Of a stretch of 32,171 nucleotides of DNA, positions 1 to 8,259 are shown piece after piece; positions within the stretch are counted from its first letter, which is position 1; each line of letters opens with the position of its first letter. The notes beneath the pieces are model-generated. The model was not told the origin of the DNA. It saw only the letters and a program-made list of their open reading frames with translations, and searched no databases. This DNA comes from Pseudomonadota bacterium (lineage in GTDB: Bacteria > Bdellovibrionota_B > Oligoflexia > Oligoflexales > CAIMVM01), in assembly GCA_037142195.1 (NCBI GenBank), contig JBAXBA010000037.1, positions 1 through 32,171 on the forward strand, in the 5' to 3' direction. The position numbers were made by a program, and so were the translations under genes.

Positions 1-84
1 AGAAATGAAAGCAAGAAATGAAAGCAAGAAATGAAAGCAAGAAATGAAAGCAAGATATGAAAGCAAGATATGAAAGCAAGAAAT
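1..84. repeat. 13-bp tandem repeat AGA(A/T)ATGAAAGCA, 6 full copies plus a partial one, truncated by the window start
   Basis: Direct reading: AGAAATGAAAGCA x4 (1-52), AGATATGAAAGCA x2 (53-78), AGAAAT (79-84). Confidence 0.97.
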
Positions 85-168
85 CATAGATAAAAATAAA
101 ATCAAGATTTTTCAGTAAAAGTCTCCTGCCAAAACTAGTTCCCCAAAACCATCGAATGGTGTCCGGAA

Positions 169-1092
169 CTAGTCTCGGCTTTGGACTGACTTTGGAAAGC
201 TCATGATTTGATTGTGGTATTGATTGAGAAGAGGATAAGAAGATCGACCCTTGGCAATGCCAGCGAGCCATTCTGACTCCGTTCGCTTTTGTAACCTAAC
301 ATCGCGAGCCATGGAGTTTTCATTGGCGGCCGAACTCGCAATGAGTGCGATCAGGTTCTCGAAAATCTTTTCCTCAGTAACGGCCCAGGGCCCCCAAAGC
401 TCTATTCCAAGCTTAAAAGCTTCGCTGCTCAATTCTCTCATGAGGGGAATTTTTTCAAGTGCTTGGCCATTGTTGGAAAGCTTGTAGCTTGCGCAAACGG
501 TATTGATGACCGTATTGTAAAACCACTTCAAATGTTGTGAGGGAGCCACGGGATCAGCCCAAGTGAAGAACTCTCCTCCATCTCGATTTAAAAGATCTTG
601 CTCAATAGGAGAAGGATGCTGTTTTGCTTCCATAGCCTTCGTTCCGAGCGGACCAAATACAACGCCACCCTTGCTAGAACGCAGTTCATAGCTGGCATTA
701 GAGATTTCTGAACTTGCAAAGGAACAAAAACCATTTCGCCATTGTCTTCCTGGAATTTCTTTTGCTACGCCTTTGATTTGAGGCTCTGTATAGCCATTGG
801 AAATCGGAATGATAGAACAATCGCTGGGGAGATATTTGACGATGCGCCTGACAGCACCCTCAAGATCAAAGGCTTTGACGGCAAAGAAGACCAGAGAAAT
901 GGCTTTGAGGTCAATTTCATCTAATTTCTTGATCTCAAAAAGGAACTGAGAGTTCCAGCCACTAAATCTAATTGGCATATCACCAGGTCCTTTTCTCCCC
1001 ATAATCAGACAAGAAAAGCCAAGGAGCTGGAGTCTAGCTGCTATGCCAGCTCCAATAGCCCCGGCTCCGAGAATGAGAATTTTAGAATCCAT
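169..1092 (-). CDS. panE: Ketopantoate reductase family protein (2-dehydropantoate 2-reductase)
   Basis: N-terminal Rossmann GAGAIG, AVKAFD, ISNG, K-x-x-x-N-x-x-I-N (KWFYNTVIN), SMARD..RTE motifs typical of PanE/ApbA; 307 aa. Confidence 0.85.
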   Translation of the reverse strand: MDSKILILGAGAIGAGIAARLQLLGFSCLIMGRKGPGDMPIRFSGWNSQFLFEIKKLDEIDLKAISLVFFAVKAFDLEGAVRRIVKYLPSDCSIIPISNGYTEPQIKGVAKEIPGRQWRNGFCSFASSEISNASYELRSSKGGVVFGPLGTKAMEAKQHPSPIEQDLLNRDGGEFFTWADPVAPSQHLKWFYNTVINTVCASYKLSNNGQALEKIPLMRELSSEAFKLGIELWGPWAVTEEKIFENLIALIASSAANENSMARDVRLQKRTESEWLAGIAKGRSSYPLLNQYHNQIMSFPKSVQSRD

Positions 1093-1120
1093 CGATTACC
1101 GCCAAGCGATATCTTAGCCG

Positions 1121-1510
1121 CTATTTTTTTCTGACACCATTCAACATCGCTTCATCTTGAGAATAAACTCTAGGGAGCTGACGCGTCTCGCGAATCATTA
1201 CAGCTTGTTGATTTCTTAGATACTGCACTATGTTTCGATTTCTCGGATCTTTTTTGAGATCATCGATTGTGACTTGAATGTCGTTGAGGCGGTCCATGGG
1301 ATTCTCTTTAGTGTAGATCGAATCGAGTACGGTGTTAAAAGCCGTTTTTTCTTCTTCGCTTAGCCCAGTGGTATTTGAGTAACGATGGTACTTACTAATC
1401 GTTAAAGGTTCCGTGTCAATAGTAACAGTACCATCTTCGTGCTTTTCCGTCACGACCCCTGGATTTGTATACATGCCGGATTTTGGAATCAAGTCGCCGA
1501 TCTTAGCCAT
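1121..1510 (-). CDS. Hypothetical protein, 129 aa, paralogue of 1526..1915
   Basis: ORF with AGGAG RBS just upstream of ATG; motif-level similarity to the adjacent ORF. Confidence 0.85.
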   Translation of the reverse strand: MAKIGDLIPKSGMYTNPGVVTEKHEDGTVTIDTEPLTISKYHRYSNTTGLSEEEKTAFNTVLDSIYTKENPMDRLNDIQVTIDDLKKDPRNRNIVQYLRNQQAVMIRETRQLPRVYSQDEAMLNGVRKK

Positions 1511-1525
1511 AGTTATCTCCTAAAA

Positions 1526-1915
1526 TTATATGCTTCTAGCAACTGCCGCTAATGGCAAGTTGGCCTTGAAGTAACGGGGGGAAACATTGAGAATTTGCAT
1601 CTGATGAAATAGCTCGGATTCCAAATACCTGGTCATTCTGATGTTCTTAGAATCAAGGCGGGAGTCTTCTACCATTTTCTGCATTTTCTCTATTTTTTCT
1701 CTCGGGTCCTGAATTTCTGATATCTCATCCACGGCTTTATTGAAGACAGCCCGTTCGTCCATAGAAAGGCCGTTGATATATCCATGTCTATGAATTTTTC
1801 TGACCTCATCTCGATCAGTATCTACGGTATATTCTTTACGCTCTGGATCGATGTTTTTCACAACTCCGGGAACTCCATTGTTATTGAATGTGGCTGAGCC
1901 TACTTTGAGCGTCAT
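1526..1915 (-). CDS. Hypothetical protein, 129 aa (start re-called to MTLKVG), paralogue of 1121..1510
   Basis: GGAGG RBS 6 nt before ATG at 1915; the ORF-track extension to 1999 has no counterpart in the paralogue. Confidence 0.85.
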   Translation of the reverse strand: MTLKVGSATFNNNGVPGVVKNIDPERKEYTVDTDRDEVRKIHRHGYINGLSMDERAVFNKAVDEISEIQDPREKIEKMQKMVEDSRLDSKNIRMTRYLESELFHQMQILNVSPRYFKANLPLAAVARSI

Positions 1916-2035
1916 GGACATCCTCCCTGTGCATAAGAATATGGTGCCACAGTGACAACAATTTAGGCAATGGGATGTGAGAGGTAAATATTGCCTCATA
2001 ACCCACCAGAACTTATAAGGAATACTTGAACTAGG

Positions 2036-2063
2036 TTAAGAATATAACTAATTTATCCGAGAA
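2036..2063 (+). promoter_or_regulatory. Possible sigma28/FliA-like promoter upstream of 2152..2502
   Basis: TTAAG-N15-TCCGAGAA resembles TAAAG-N14-GCCGATAA; spacer 1 nt too long. Confidence 0.25.
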
Positions 2064-2151
2064 ATCCTTAGGTTCTAGGAGCAAGGGCATACGATAGACT
2101 CTTGTAAAACCAAGCGGAGGATCCAAAATCAATTGGAAGTGAGGTTACGCC

Positions 2152-2502
2152 ATGAGCAAGATTGTCGACTTTAACAAATTTAAGAACAAGCAGCAGCGAT
2201 CTTGGCTAACACTTCACGAAACCCGACTGAATCGATTGATTGCTCACCATTTAGCAACGAACCTCGACATACCACTCGATGATGTAGCTCATGCCTATAG
2301 AACCCAACAAGTCGCAAATATGGAAGAGTCGTGGGATCAATGGGACCTAAGGGATTTAATTTCTGATGTGCTGTCCCGGACTGGGATTGTGGAAAAGATA
2401 TATGCAGATTTAAACAAAGAAGTTTGGTTTAGACAAAAGATACTGTCTGAAGAAAAATTACTCGATCTTTGTGTGTCGAGATATATTTTAGACAGAACTT
2501 AA
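2152..2502 (+). CDS. Hypothetical protein, 116 aa
   Basis: GAGG RBS before ATG, protein-like helical composition, followed by a terminator-like hairpin. Confidence 0.8.
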   Translation: MSKIVDFNKFKNKQQRSWLTLHETRLNRLIAHHLATNLDIPLDDVAHAYRTQQVANMEESWDQWDLRDLISDVLSRTGIVEKIYADLNKEVWFRQKILSEEKLLDLCVSRYILDRT

Positions 2503-2565
2503 TTCCTTATAGCCATTGCGAATTATTCTTGTCTGACAATGTCGCTCGCCTTGAAATCAAAATAG

Positions 2566-2591
2566 AAAAAAGAAGGACTAGCCTTCTTTTT
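2566..2591. terminator. Probable bidirectional intrinsic terminator between convergent genes
   Basis: AAAAAAGAAGG-ACTAG-CCTTCTTTTT inverted repeat with A and T tails. Confidence 0.65.
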
Positions 2592-2657
2592 ATTTTATGT
2601 AAATTAACGCAGTCTTGTTATCAAATTGCTAAGACTAACGACATCAGCTTCATAACT

Positions 2658-2867
2658 CTAGGATCTAACGTGATTCCCTACTTCACCCACTTGGCCCACA
2701 GCCCCTTCTGCAATTTCTCTAAGTGCAGTTACACTTTCGCGATTCTTGGAACGAACCATCGGAGAAGCATTGTCAGCTAATTGTCTAGCTCTATCTGCAG
2801 CTACTAAGACAAGCACAAAGCGGTTAGGTATTTTTATTTGACAGTCTTCAATGGATACCCGTGCCAT
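2658..2867 (-). CDS. rpoZ: RNA polymerase omega subunit (start re-called to MARVSIEDC, 69 aa)
   Basis: MARVSIEDC..PNRFVLVLVAADRARQL..K..VTALREIAEG matches the omega consensus; AAGGAG RBS upstream of 2867. Confidence 0.95.
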   Translation of the reverse strand: MARVSIEDCQIKIPNRFVLVLVAADRARQLADNASPMVRSKNRESVTALREIAEGAVGQVGEVGNHVRS

Positions 2868-3105
2868 GTTTAGCTCCTTAGTTAACGAGGTGGAACACCA
2901 GAAATCTGGCGGCATTGAGTCAAATAGATATCCCAAAAAAGAGTCTTGGTCAACTACATGCGGTCTAAAGTGGGCCTTACCCCGGAAAATTTTGCACCTC
3001 AAAGAGCGGATCGCTATCATAACTTCAGTACCTTACGCCTAAATCTTGGGCTTGGGCACCCTCCATCACCGTGAAATGCTAATATAATCCGTTGGAGGAA
3101 CTCTT

Positions 3106-4707
3106 TTGCTTAAGGCGCGCTTACTTTTATGGGTCTACCTTTGTCTGTGCCTGGGAAAAGTACAGGCCGAAACAGCCAATGTAAGACTTCTTTTTGCCGA
3201 TGCTCAGCAGATATATGCTAGCGGAGACTTTGAAAAGGCCTCTAAAGCATTTGCCCGTAACTTGGAAAAGTTTCCTGATCACGGGCCTAGCCAGCTGTTT
3301 TTAGGAAAGTCACTTTTTCGCCTTCAACGCTATGAGGAAGCCTGGACGGTTTTTCAGAAGCTATCTCATGAGCCGCTCGACCAAGAGTCTAAGTATGAGG
3401 CTGGCTACTCTGCCTATCGCAATAAATCCTGGAAGAAAGGAAGTGAAATCCTAATCTCCATACCTGAATCAAGTCCGAGCTTTGATCTTGCGATGTATTA
3501 CGCTGCCGTGTGCCTTATAAATTTAAATCGGCTCAGCGAAGCTGAACAAGCTCTTAAAAAGTCCATCGTTCTTCCCCCACGCTTTGCCGCTAGCAGAAAG
3601 AATCTACTGAACTACGTAAAAGGAGAGCTTGCCAATCAAACCAGCCCTCAGACCAGCCCTCAGACCAGCCCTCAGACCAGCCCGGCAAAACCGCAAAAGC
3701 CCGTATTAAAGCCAGAAACTATAGAAGAGGAATTTACTGAAGTTTTGAACGACAAAGGGACAGGCAGCAGTTCGCCCAAACGCTCTTTGGGTGTCTTTTA
3801 TGACTTGCAAAGTCTTAAACAAAATATGAATGGCATTGATACTGCCTCAGGGACTTATCAGCGAAGTGGCGCCTACTTTCAGGGATCCTATGAAAGCAAT
3901 GCTTCTGGGTATGGATACTTTGCTGATTTTTCAGGTGAGGGTAGCCAAGCAAATACATCCGGAAATGCGGTTTCTACAGGCTTGACTGTTTTCCAAAGAG
4001 AAGACATCTGGCCATCGCTTTTGGGGAAAATTTCGGAAAAGGGAACGAAAACAGACCTTAGATTTAGCTTGAAGCCAGGTATTTCTTATCAAATGGAGTC
4101 CCTGAATGTCGGGGCATTTGCTATTTTGAGGTTAGTTGACAATGGCGACTCTTCGAATCGCGGCGCCGGCGGGGGGACGAGGCTATGTAAGCAGTTTGGC
4201 AAATTTAGGCTCAACTTCGAGGCTGAAGCTTCAAGCTGGACGAGTGACGTCTATGCGCCGTTGACTTCGTTTTCAGGTTTGTTGGAAAGCCAGCTTCTAT
4301 TTTCAGGAGATTTTACGCTCAACTTTGCCATTTCGAGGCAGCTTTTGGATGCTTCTGAGGAACGATTGGAGATCCCGTTAGGCCTCAGTCAGGCCAACTT
4401 GAAAGTTGCTCAAGGCTTAGGCTTTGGGCTCAGTGTCGATGCTTCAGGGAGTTTGATGGCATTAAACAGCTTGCTAAAGACAAACCCACTAGGGGGATCC
4501 ACGACAGCAGATGGCACCCAGGTCAGCTGGGAGGTAGGGCTGAATTGGAGTCCCCTCAAATGGCTGGTTCTTTCGGTAAATCAATATATCTCCAATTATA
4601 CTTGGAACCATATAGATCCTGAAGCCAATCGCCCCACATGGGATGGGAGCGTCCCTGACTATGAAGAACTTAGTACCTTAAATTTCAAAATCTACCGCAC
4701 TTTTTAG
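3106..4707 (+). CDS. Exported TPR protein with probable C-terminal outer-membrane beta-barrel
   Basis: Signal-peptide-like N-terminus, TPR-like repeats (LFLGKSLFRLQRYEEA; YYAAVCLINLNRLSEA), Pro/Gln linker, amphipathic beta-strand pattern, C-terminal Phe (KIYRTF); TTG start with GGAGG RBS. Confidence 0.7.
   Translation: MLKARLLLWVYLCLCLGKVQAETANVRLLFADAQQIYASGDFEKASKAFARNLEKFPDHGPSQLFLGKSLFRLQRYEEAWTVFQKLSHEPLDQESKYEAGYSAYRNKSWKKGSEILISIPESSPSFDLAMYYAAVCLINLNRLSEAEQALKKSIVLPPRFAASRKNLLNYVKGELANQTSPQTSPQTSPQTSPAKPQKPVLKPETIEEEFTEVLNDKGTGSSSPKRSLGVFYDLQSLKQNMNGIDTASGTYQRSGAYFQGSYESNASGYGYFADFSGEGSQANTSGNAVSTGLTVFQREDIWPSLLGKISEKGTKTDLRFSLKPGISYQMESLNVGAFAILRLVDNGDSSNRGAGGGTRLCKQFGKFRLNFEAEASSWTSDVYAPLTSFSGLLESQLLFSGDFTLNFAISRQLLDASEERLEIPLGLSQANLKVAQGLGFGLSVDASGSLMALNSLLKTNPLGGSTTADGTQVSWEVGLNWSPLKWLVLSVNQYISNYTWNHIDPEANRPTWDGSVPDYEELSTLNFKIYRTF
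3637..3684 (+). repeat. In-frame 12-bp tandem repeat x4 encoding (QTSP)4
   Basis: CAAACCAGCCCT, CAGACCAGCCCT x2, CAGACCAGCCCG. Confidence 0.95.
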
Positions 4708-4716
4708 GAGAATATC

Positions 4717-5202
4717 ATGGCCGATGTGCAATGGATAAAAAATCTTGCTGGCTCAACTTTTACGGATCAGGGATGGAATTTTCCAGAAAACTTCACCCCA
4801 AATACCGGCCCATCAGAACGGACAGCCGCGGCTATCGACGCACTGTATCAAGAGACTAAAGAGGCCATTTTCTGCTACAACAACTTTGTGTCTCAGAACC
4901 GACAAATCTCTATACTTAAAATCGATGGAAATCTCCCGGAAAGACTTTCAGGGTTGATCCTCATGATAGGAAGCCTTCAGCTTAAAATAGTCCGCCGCTC
5001 GGAAGGGTTAGAGTTCATTCTCATCTCTGTAAAGTCATTTGGAACCCACCAAAAAGTGATTGAAAAAATATTCCCTTGCTACGACACCTTTGGTTCGCTA
5101 TTTTGGCAAACTGGGGACCAAAGGGCAACTCTTACAACCGAGCACATTGTAAAGACGGCCTTGAAAGAATTGATTAAATTTGTGGACACCACAAAAGGAT
5201 AG
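4717..5202 (+). CDS. Hypothetical protein, 161 aa
   Basis: AGGAG RBS overlapping the upstream stop, 9-bp gap, operonic spacing. Confidence 0.8.
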   Translation: MADVQWIKNLAGSTFTDQGWNFPENFTPNTGPSERTAAAIDALYQETKEAIFCYNNFVSQNRQISILKIDGNLPERLSGLILMIGSLQLKIVRRSEGLEFILISVKSFGTHQKVIEKIFPCYDTFGSLFWQTGDQRATLTTEHIVKTALKELIKFVDTTKG

Positions 5203-5204
5203 CC

Positions 5205-5516
5205 ATGAAAATTTCATTCCATGATATGACTGCAGAGGCTGCTGTAGCAAAAATCACATCCAATCTAAGTGGCCGCCAGTTGGGCGAAATGGTGCATTTA
5301 GAACTAGTTCAAAATAAGCTTCAAGTAATCGTCTCTAAATTGGGAACCTCAACTTTTTCCTTCACCTGCGAAAACCTGGGAAAAGGGTGCACATTTGAAT
5401 TGAATTCTGAAAAGATAGCCTTTGCTCATCGCGCATTTAAAAATGAAGTTATTGACAAGTTAGCAAGCGTCGTAAAAACATCTGGAGGCGACCTCATCGC
5501 TCCCTACAAAGGGTAG
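5205..5516 (+). CDS. Hypothetical protein, 103 aa
   Basis: 2-bp gap after the upstream gene, AAGGA RBS. Confidence 0.8.
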   Translation: MKISFHDMTAEAAVAKITSNLSGRQLGEMVHLELVQNKLQVIVSKLGTSTFSFTCENLGKGCTFELNSEKIAFAHRAFKNEVIDKLASVVKTSGGDLIAPYKG

Positions 5517-5602
5517 CCACCACTCTCGATTCCCTCTATAGATTTGCGCTAAGTTGAGTCCTACGGTACCCCATTATTTTTTAAGTATTTGCGAGAGACA
5601 AC

Positions 5603-6610
5603 ATGAAACCCAAAGATATTATGCTTTCAGCAATTCAGCCCACGAGTTATCCCCATTTAGGAAACTATTTAGGGGCTATAAAGAACTGGGTGAAATTACA
5701 GGATCAGTATAGATCCTATTGTTTTATAGTGGACCTTCACGCGATTACAGTTCCTCAAGCACCAGAAGACTTATATCTCAATTCGCTAAATGCAGCGGCA
5801 TTTAATTTAGCTGCGGGACTCAACCCCAAAGAAGTCACTCTTTTTATTCAGTCCCACGTTAAGGAACATGCTGAGCTGGCATGGATTTTAAATTGCTTTA
5901 CCTATTTTGGTGAGCTCGGCAGAATGACTCAATTCAAAGACAAAAGTTCAAAGTCTGGCGAAAACATTGGTGCAGGTCTATTTACTTACCCCATTTTAAT
6001 GGCTTCAGACATCTTACTCTATGACACCAAGATTGTTCCCGTTGGCGAAGACCAAAGGCAACATGTAGAGCTCACGAGAAATATCGCGACTAGGTTCAAT
6101 CACCGCTTTGAAAAAGAGATTTTTACGGTTCCAGAGCCGCGCATTCAAGGATCTGGCGCTCGAATTATGGACCTCCAGGATCCTACATCTAAAATGAGTA
6201 AATCGGCGCAAAATGAAAAAGGAATCGTTTTTATGAACGATTCCGCGAAGGAGATGGAAAAGAAAATTAAAGGAGCCGTAACCGACTCCGGATCTGAGAT
6301 CATTTATACACCAGACAAACCAGGGGTAAAGAACCTTATTGATATTCAAATAGCCCTAACGCAAAAGTCGAGTCAAGAAATTGTCGATCACTATCAGGGC
6401 AAAATGTACGGCCACTTAAAAGTCGACACCGCAAAGCTTGTGATAGAAGAAGCCATGCCCATTCAAGAGAAGGCAGGCCAACTTTTAAAAGACAGAGATA
6501 CTTTGATTGATATTTTGCATGATGGCGCTGAAAGAGCACGAAATCACGCTAAAGAAACATTAGAACGTGTCTACAGCACTATAGGATTTGTACCGGGAAA
6601 AGGAAGATAG
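5603..6610 (+). CDS. trpS: Tryptophan--tRNA ligase
   Basis: Class I HIGH-like HLGN, VDLHAIT, YPILMASDILLY, VPVGEDQRQH, KMSKS. Confidence 0.98.
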   Translation: MKPKDIMLSAIQPTSYPHLGNYLGAIKNWVKLQDQYRSYCFIVDLHAITVPQAPEDLYLNSLNAAAFNLAAGLNPKEVTLFIQSHVKEHAELAWILNCFTYFGELGRMTQFKDKSSKSGENIGAGLFTYPILMASDILLYDTKIVPVGEDQRQHVELTRNIATRFNHRFEKEIFTVPEPRIQGSGARIMDLQDPTSKMSKSAQNEKGIVFMNDSAKEMEKKIKGAVTDSGSEIIYTPDKPGVKNLIDIQIALTQKSSQEIVDHYQGKMYGHLKVDTAKLVIEEAMPIQEKAGQLLKDRDTLIDILHDGAERARNHAKETLERVYSTIGFVPGKGR

Positions 6611-6639
6611 TAAAACGAAGATAGTAAAGGGAAGATAGT
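6602..6639 (+). repeat. Imperfect 14-bp-period repeat with core GAAGATAGT x3, starting at the trpS stop
   Basis: GGAAGATAGTAAAA CGAAGATAGTAAAG GGAAGATAGT. Confidence 0.8.
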
Positions 6640-6664
6640 TCGACATTGGGCATTCTTTCTCATT

Positions 6665-7117
6665 CTACTCGATGACGAAATAGCCCTTCACGGGAACTCC
6701 CTCTTCACACAGATACATGGCAGCAGAAAATACCTCTGAGGCATTCCCCCCAAATAAGACTAGCTGCGATCGGTTTTTTATAGACCTCTCCACAAAGGCG
6801 TTTTTGTCAAATCCCGGTTTCATCAATTCTATCAGATTCATGTAGGTAACATCGCCATTCTGCGATAGATCCTGTCTCGACATAACCCCTAAATAATAAG
6901 GGCGGCAGCCATAAATCCTTTTGAGGCGGGCCAATATTTGATCTATCGGTGAGCTCCCATAGTGACAAATGTCTTTGGGAGAGGTAATGTTGCCCAGTTG
7001 AAGAGAATCGGGCATGTAGAATGCCTCTCTTAAAATAACTTGCAGCTCGAAGTCTTGAAAATACTCAAGTAGGTCTGACTCAGCATGTATTTCTTCTTGT
7101 AATTTTTCCATATTCAT
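6665..7117 (-). CDS. Hypothetical protein, about 150 aa; C-terminus weakly rhodanese-like
   Basis: ORF fills the gap between trpS and the gamma-CA gene; protein-like composition. Confidence 0.7.
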   Translation of the reverse strand: MNMEKLQEEIHAESDLLEYFQDFELQVILREAFYMPDSLQLGNITSPKDICHYGSSPIDQILARLKRIYGCRPYYLGVMSRQDLSQNGDVTYMNLIELMKPGFDKNAFVERSIKNRSQLVLFGGNASEVFSAAMYLCEEGVPVKGYFVIE

Positions 7118-7129
7118 CCGGAGGATAAT

Positions 7130-7678
7130 TTGAGTTTAAATTTATTGCCTTACAAAGACTCATTTCCAGTCGTCGGCGATCATACTTATATTTCTCCTGG
7201 TGTCTATATTATTGGCGATGTCGTCATTGGCGAGAACTGCAGCATTTGGTTTGGTGCCGTCATTCGAGGCGATGTGAATTACATTAGGATTGGCTCTCGT
7301 ACCAATATCCAGGACAACAGTGTGGTCCATGTTACCCATAATGGCAATCCGACCATTATTGGGGATGATGTGACTATTGGCCACGGAGTGATTCTTCACG
7401 CATGCACCATTGGAAATCGAGTTCTTATCGGCATGGGTGCGATCATTTTGGATGGGGTTACAATTCCTGATGATAGCTATGTGGCTGCTGGTTCTTTGGT
7501 AACTCCTGGGAAATCCTTTTCATCTAAAAAAATGATCATGGGATCTCCCGCCAAAGAGAGCAGGGATCTTCGCCCTGATGAGCTTTCTTGGCTAAAGGAA
7601 TCTGCGGTCCACTATCAAAAAGTGGCTAAGCCTTATCTCGATCTATCAGTAGCTAGAAATGAGGATTTAACTAAGTAG
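7130..7678 (+). CDS. Gamma carbonic anhydrase family protein (YrdA/PaaY-like hexapeptide repeat)
   Basis: IGDVVIGENCSIWFGAVIRGDVNYIRIG..TNIQDNSVVH, IGH..ILHAC with three His ligands; GGAGGA RBS and TTG start. Confidence 0.95.
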   Translation: MSLNLLPYKDSFPVVGDHTYISPGVYIIGDVVIGENCSIWFGAVIRGDVNYIRIGSRTNIQDNSVVHVTHNGNPTIIGDDVTIGHGVILHACTIGNRVLIGMGAIILDGVTIPDDSYVAAGSLVTPGKSFSSKKMIMGSPAKESRDLRPDELSWLKESAVHYQKVAKPYLDLSVARNEDLTK

Positions 7679-8259
7679 CTGGCAAAACTTTTTTGAAATT
7701 TAGGTTTATTGCTAAAACGAAAGTCTCTGGGATAATAGGATTCCACCGTCGCTCTAATGAGTTTCTGTTCCTCGGCAATTAGCCCAAACCGCTTGCCCTG
7801 CTTTAATTCCCACTCATAGGCTTCTCTCTCCGCGAGAGCCGTGCCATAAAGCCCTAATGAGTCCGCAAGGGAAATTAAAAAGAAATTTTGCTGGCAATGA
7901 ATTTCTAATTCATGGGACAACGTCGAACCTAGTAGAGCCCAAGAATCAAAAGCAGAAGGACCTATCTTAACTATTTTGCCTTGCTCATAACCCATTTTTT
8001 CCGTGATTCCCCGGTCCGACAGTTTGCTATCAAAACTTGGATGAGCTCCGGATAGAGATAAGTCAAATCCATAGGCAATTAAGGCTAATTCCATTGATGT
8101 TTGTGATAATTCTGGGGGAGTGGCATTGACTTCGACCTCTATCGAACGGGTCAGCTGCTCGTTTCTTATTGCTTTTTTAACGCCGGCATTTGCCCAAAAC
8201 ACAGCCGCTATGAGAGCTAAACTTGAAAATCCAGCGAATATTCTGTGGTCAAAAAGCAT
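7633..8259 (-). CDS. Membrane-anchored or exported hypothetical protein with zincin-like HExxxH and downstream ExEAY (start re-called to MLFDHR)
   Basis: Hydrophobic N-terminal helix; TLSHELEIH and AEREAY; GGGAGG RBS 9 nt before ATG at 8259. Confidence 0.7.
   Translation of the reverse strand: MLFDHRIFAGFSSLALIAAVFWANAGVKKAIRNEQLTRSIEVEVNATPPELSQTSMELALIAYGFDLSLSGAHPSFDSKLSDRGITEKMGYEQGKIVKIGPSAFDSWALLGSTLSHELEIHCQQNFFLISLADSLGLYGTALAEREAYEWELKQGKRFGLIAEEQKLIRATVESYYPRDFRFSNKPKFQKSFASYLVKSSFLATDRSR

Noticed and set aside
1..84. Possible CRISPR array (also considered for 22509-22588 and 32109-32171)
   Set aside because: Units are 8-13 bp and head-to-tail with no spacers; no cas genes in the window
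119..153. Short matches (AAGTCTC, CCTGCCAAAA, AAAACCATC) shared with 31955-32085
   Set aside because: 7-10 bp matches in different order and spacing; compatible with chance
2604..2660. Possible TAG readthrough extending RpoZ by SYEADVVSLSNLITRLR
   Set aside because: The omega core is complete before the stop, many other genes here end normally at TAG, and a 17-codon open stretch is expected by chance
2868..3020. N-terminal extension of the rpoZ ORF in the track
   Set aside because: The omega consensus starts at MARV with a strong AAGGAG RBS; the extension is not omega-like
2469..3042. Plus-strand ORFs 2469..2780 and 2851..3042
   Set aside because: Antisense to rpoZ or spanning a terminator; no recognisable motifs
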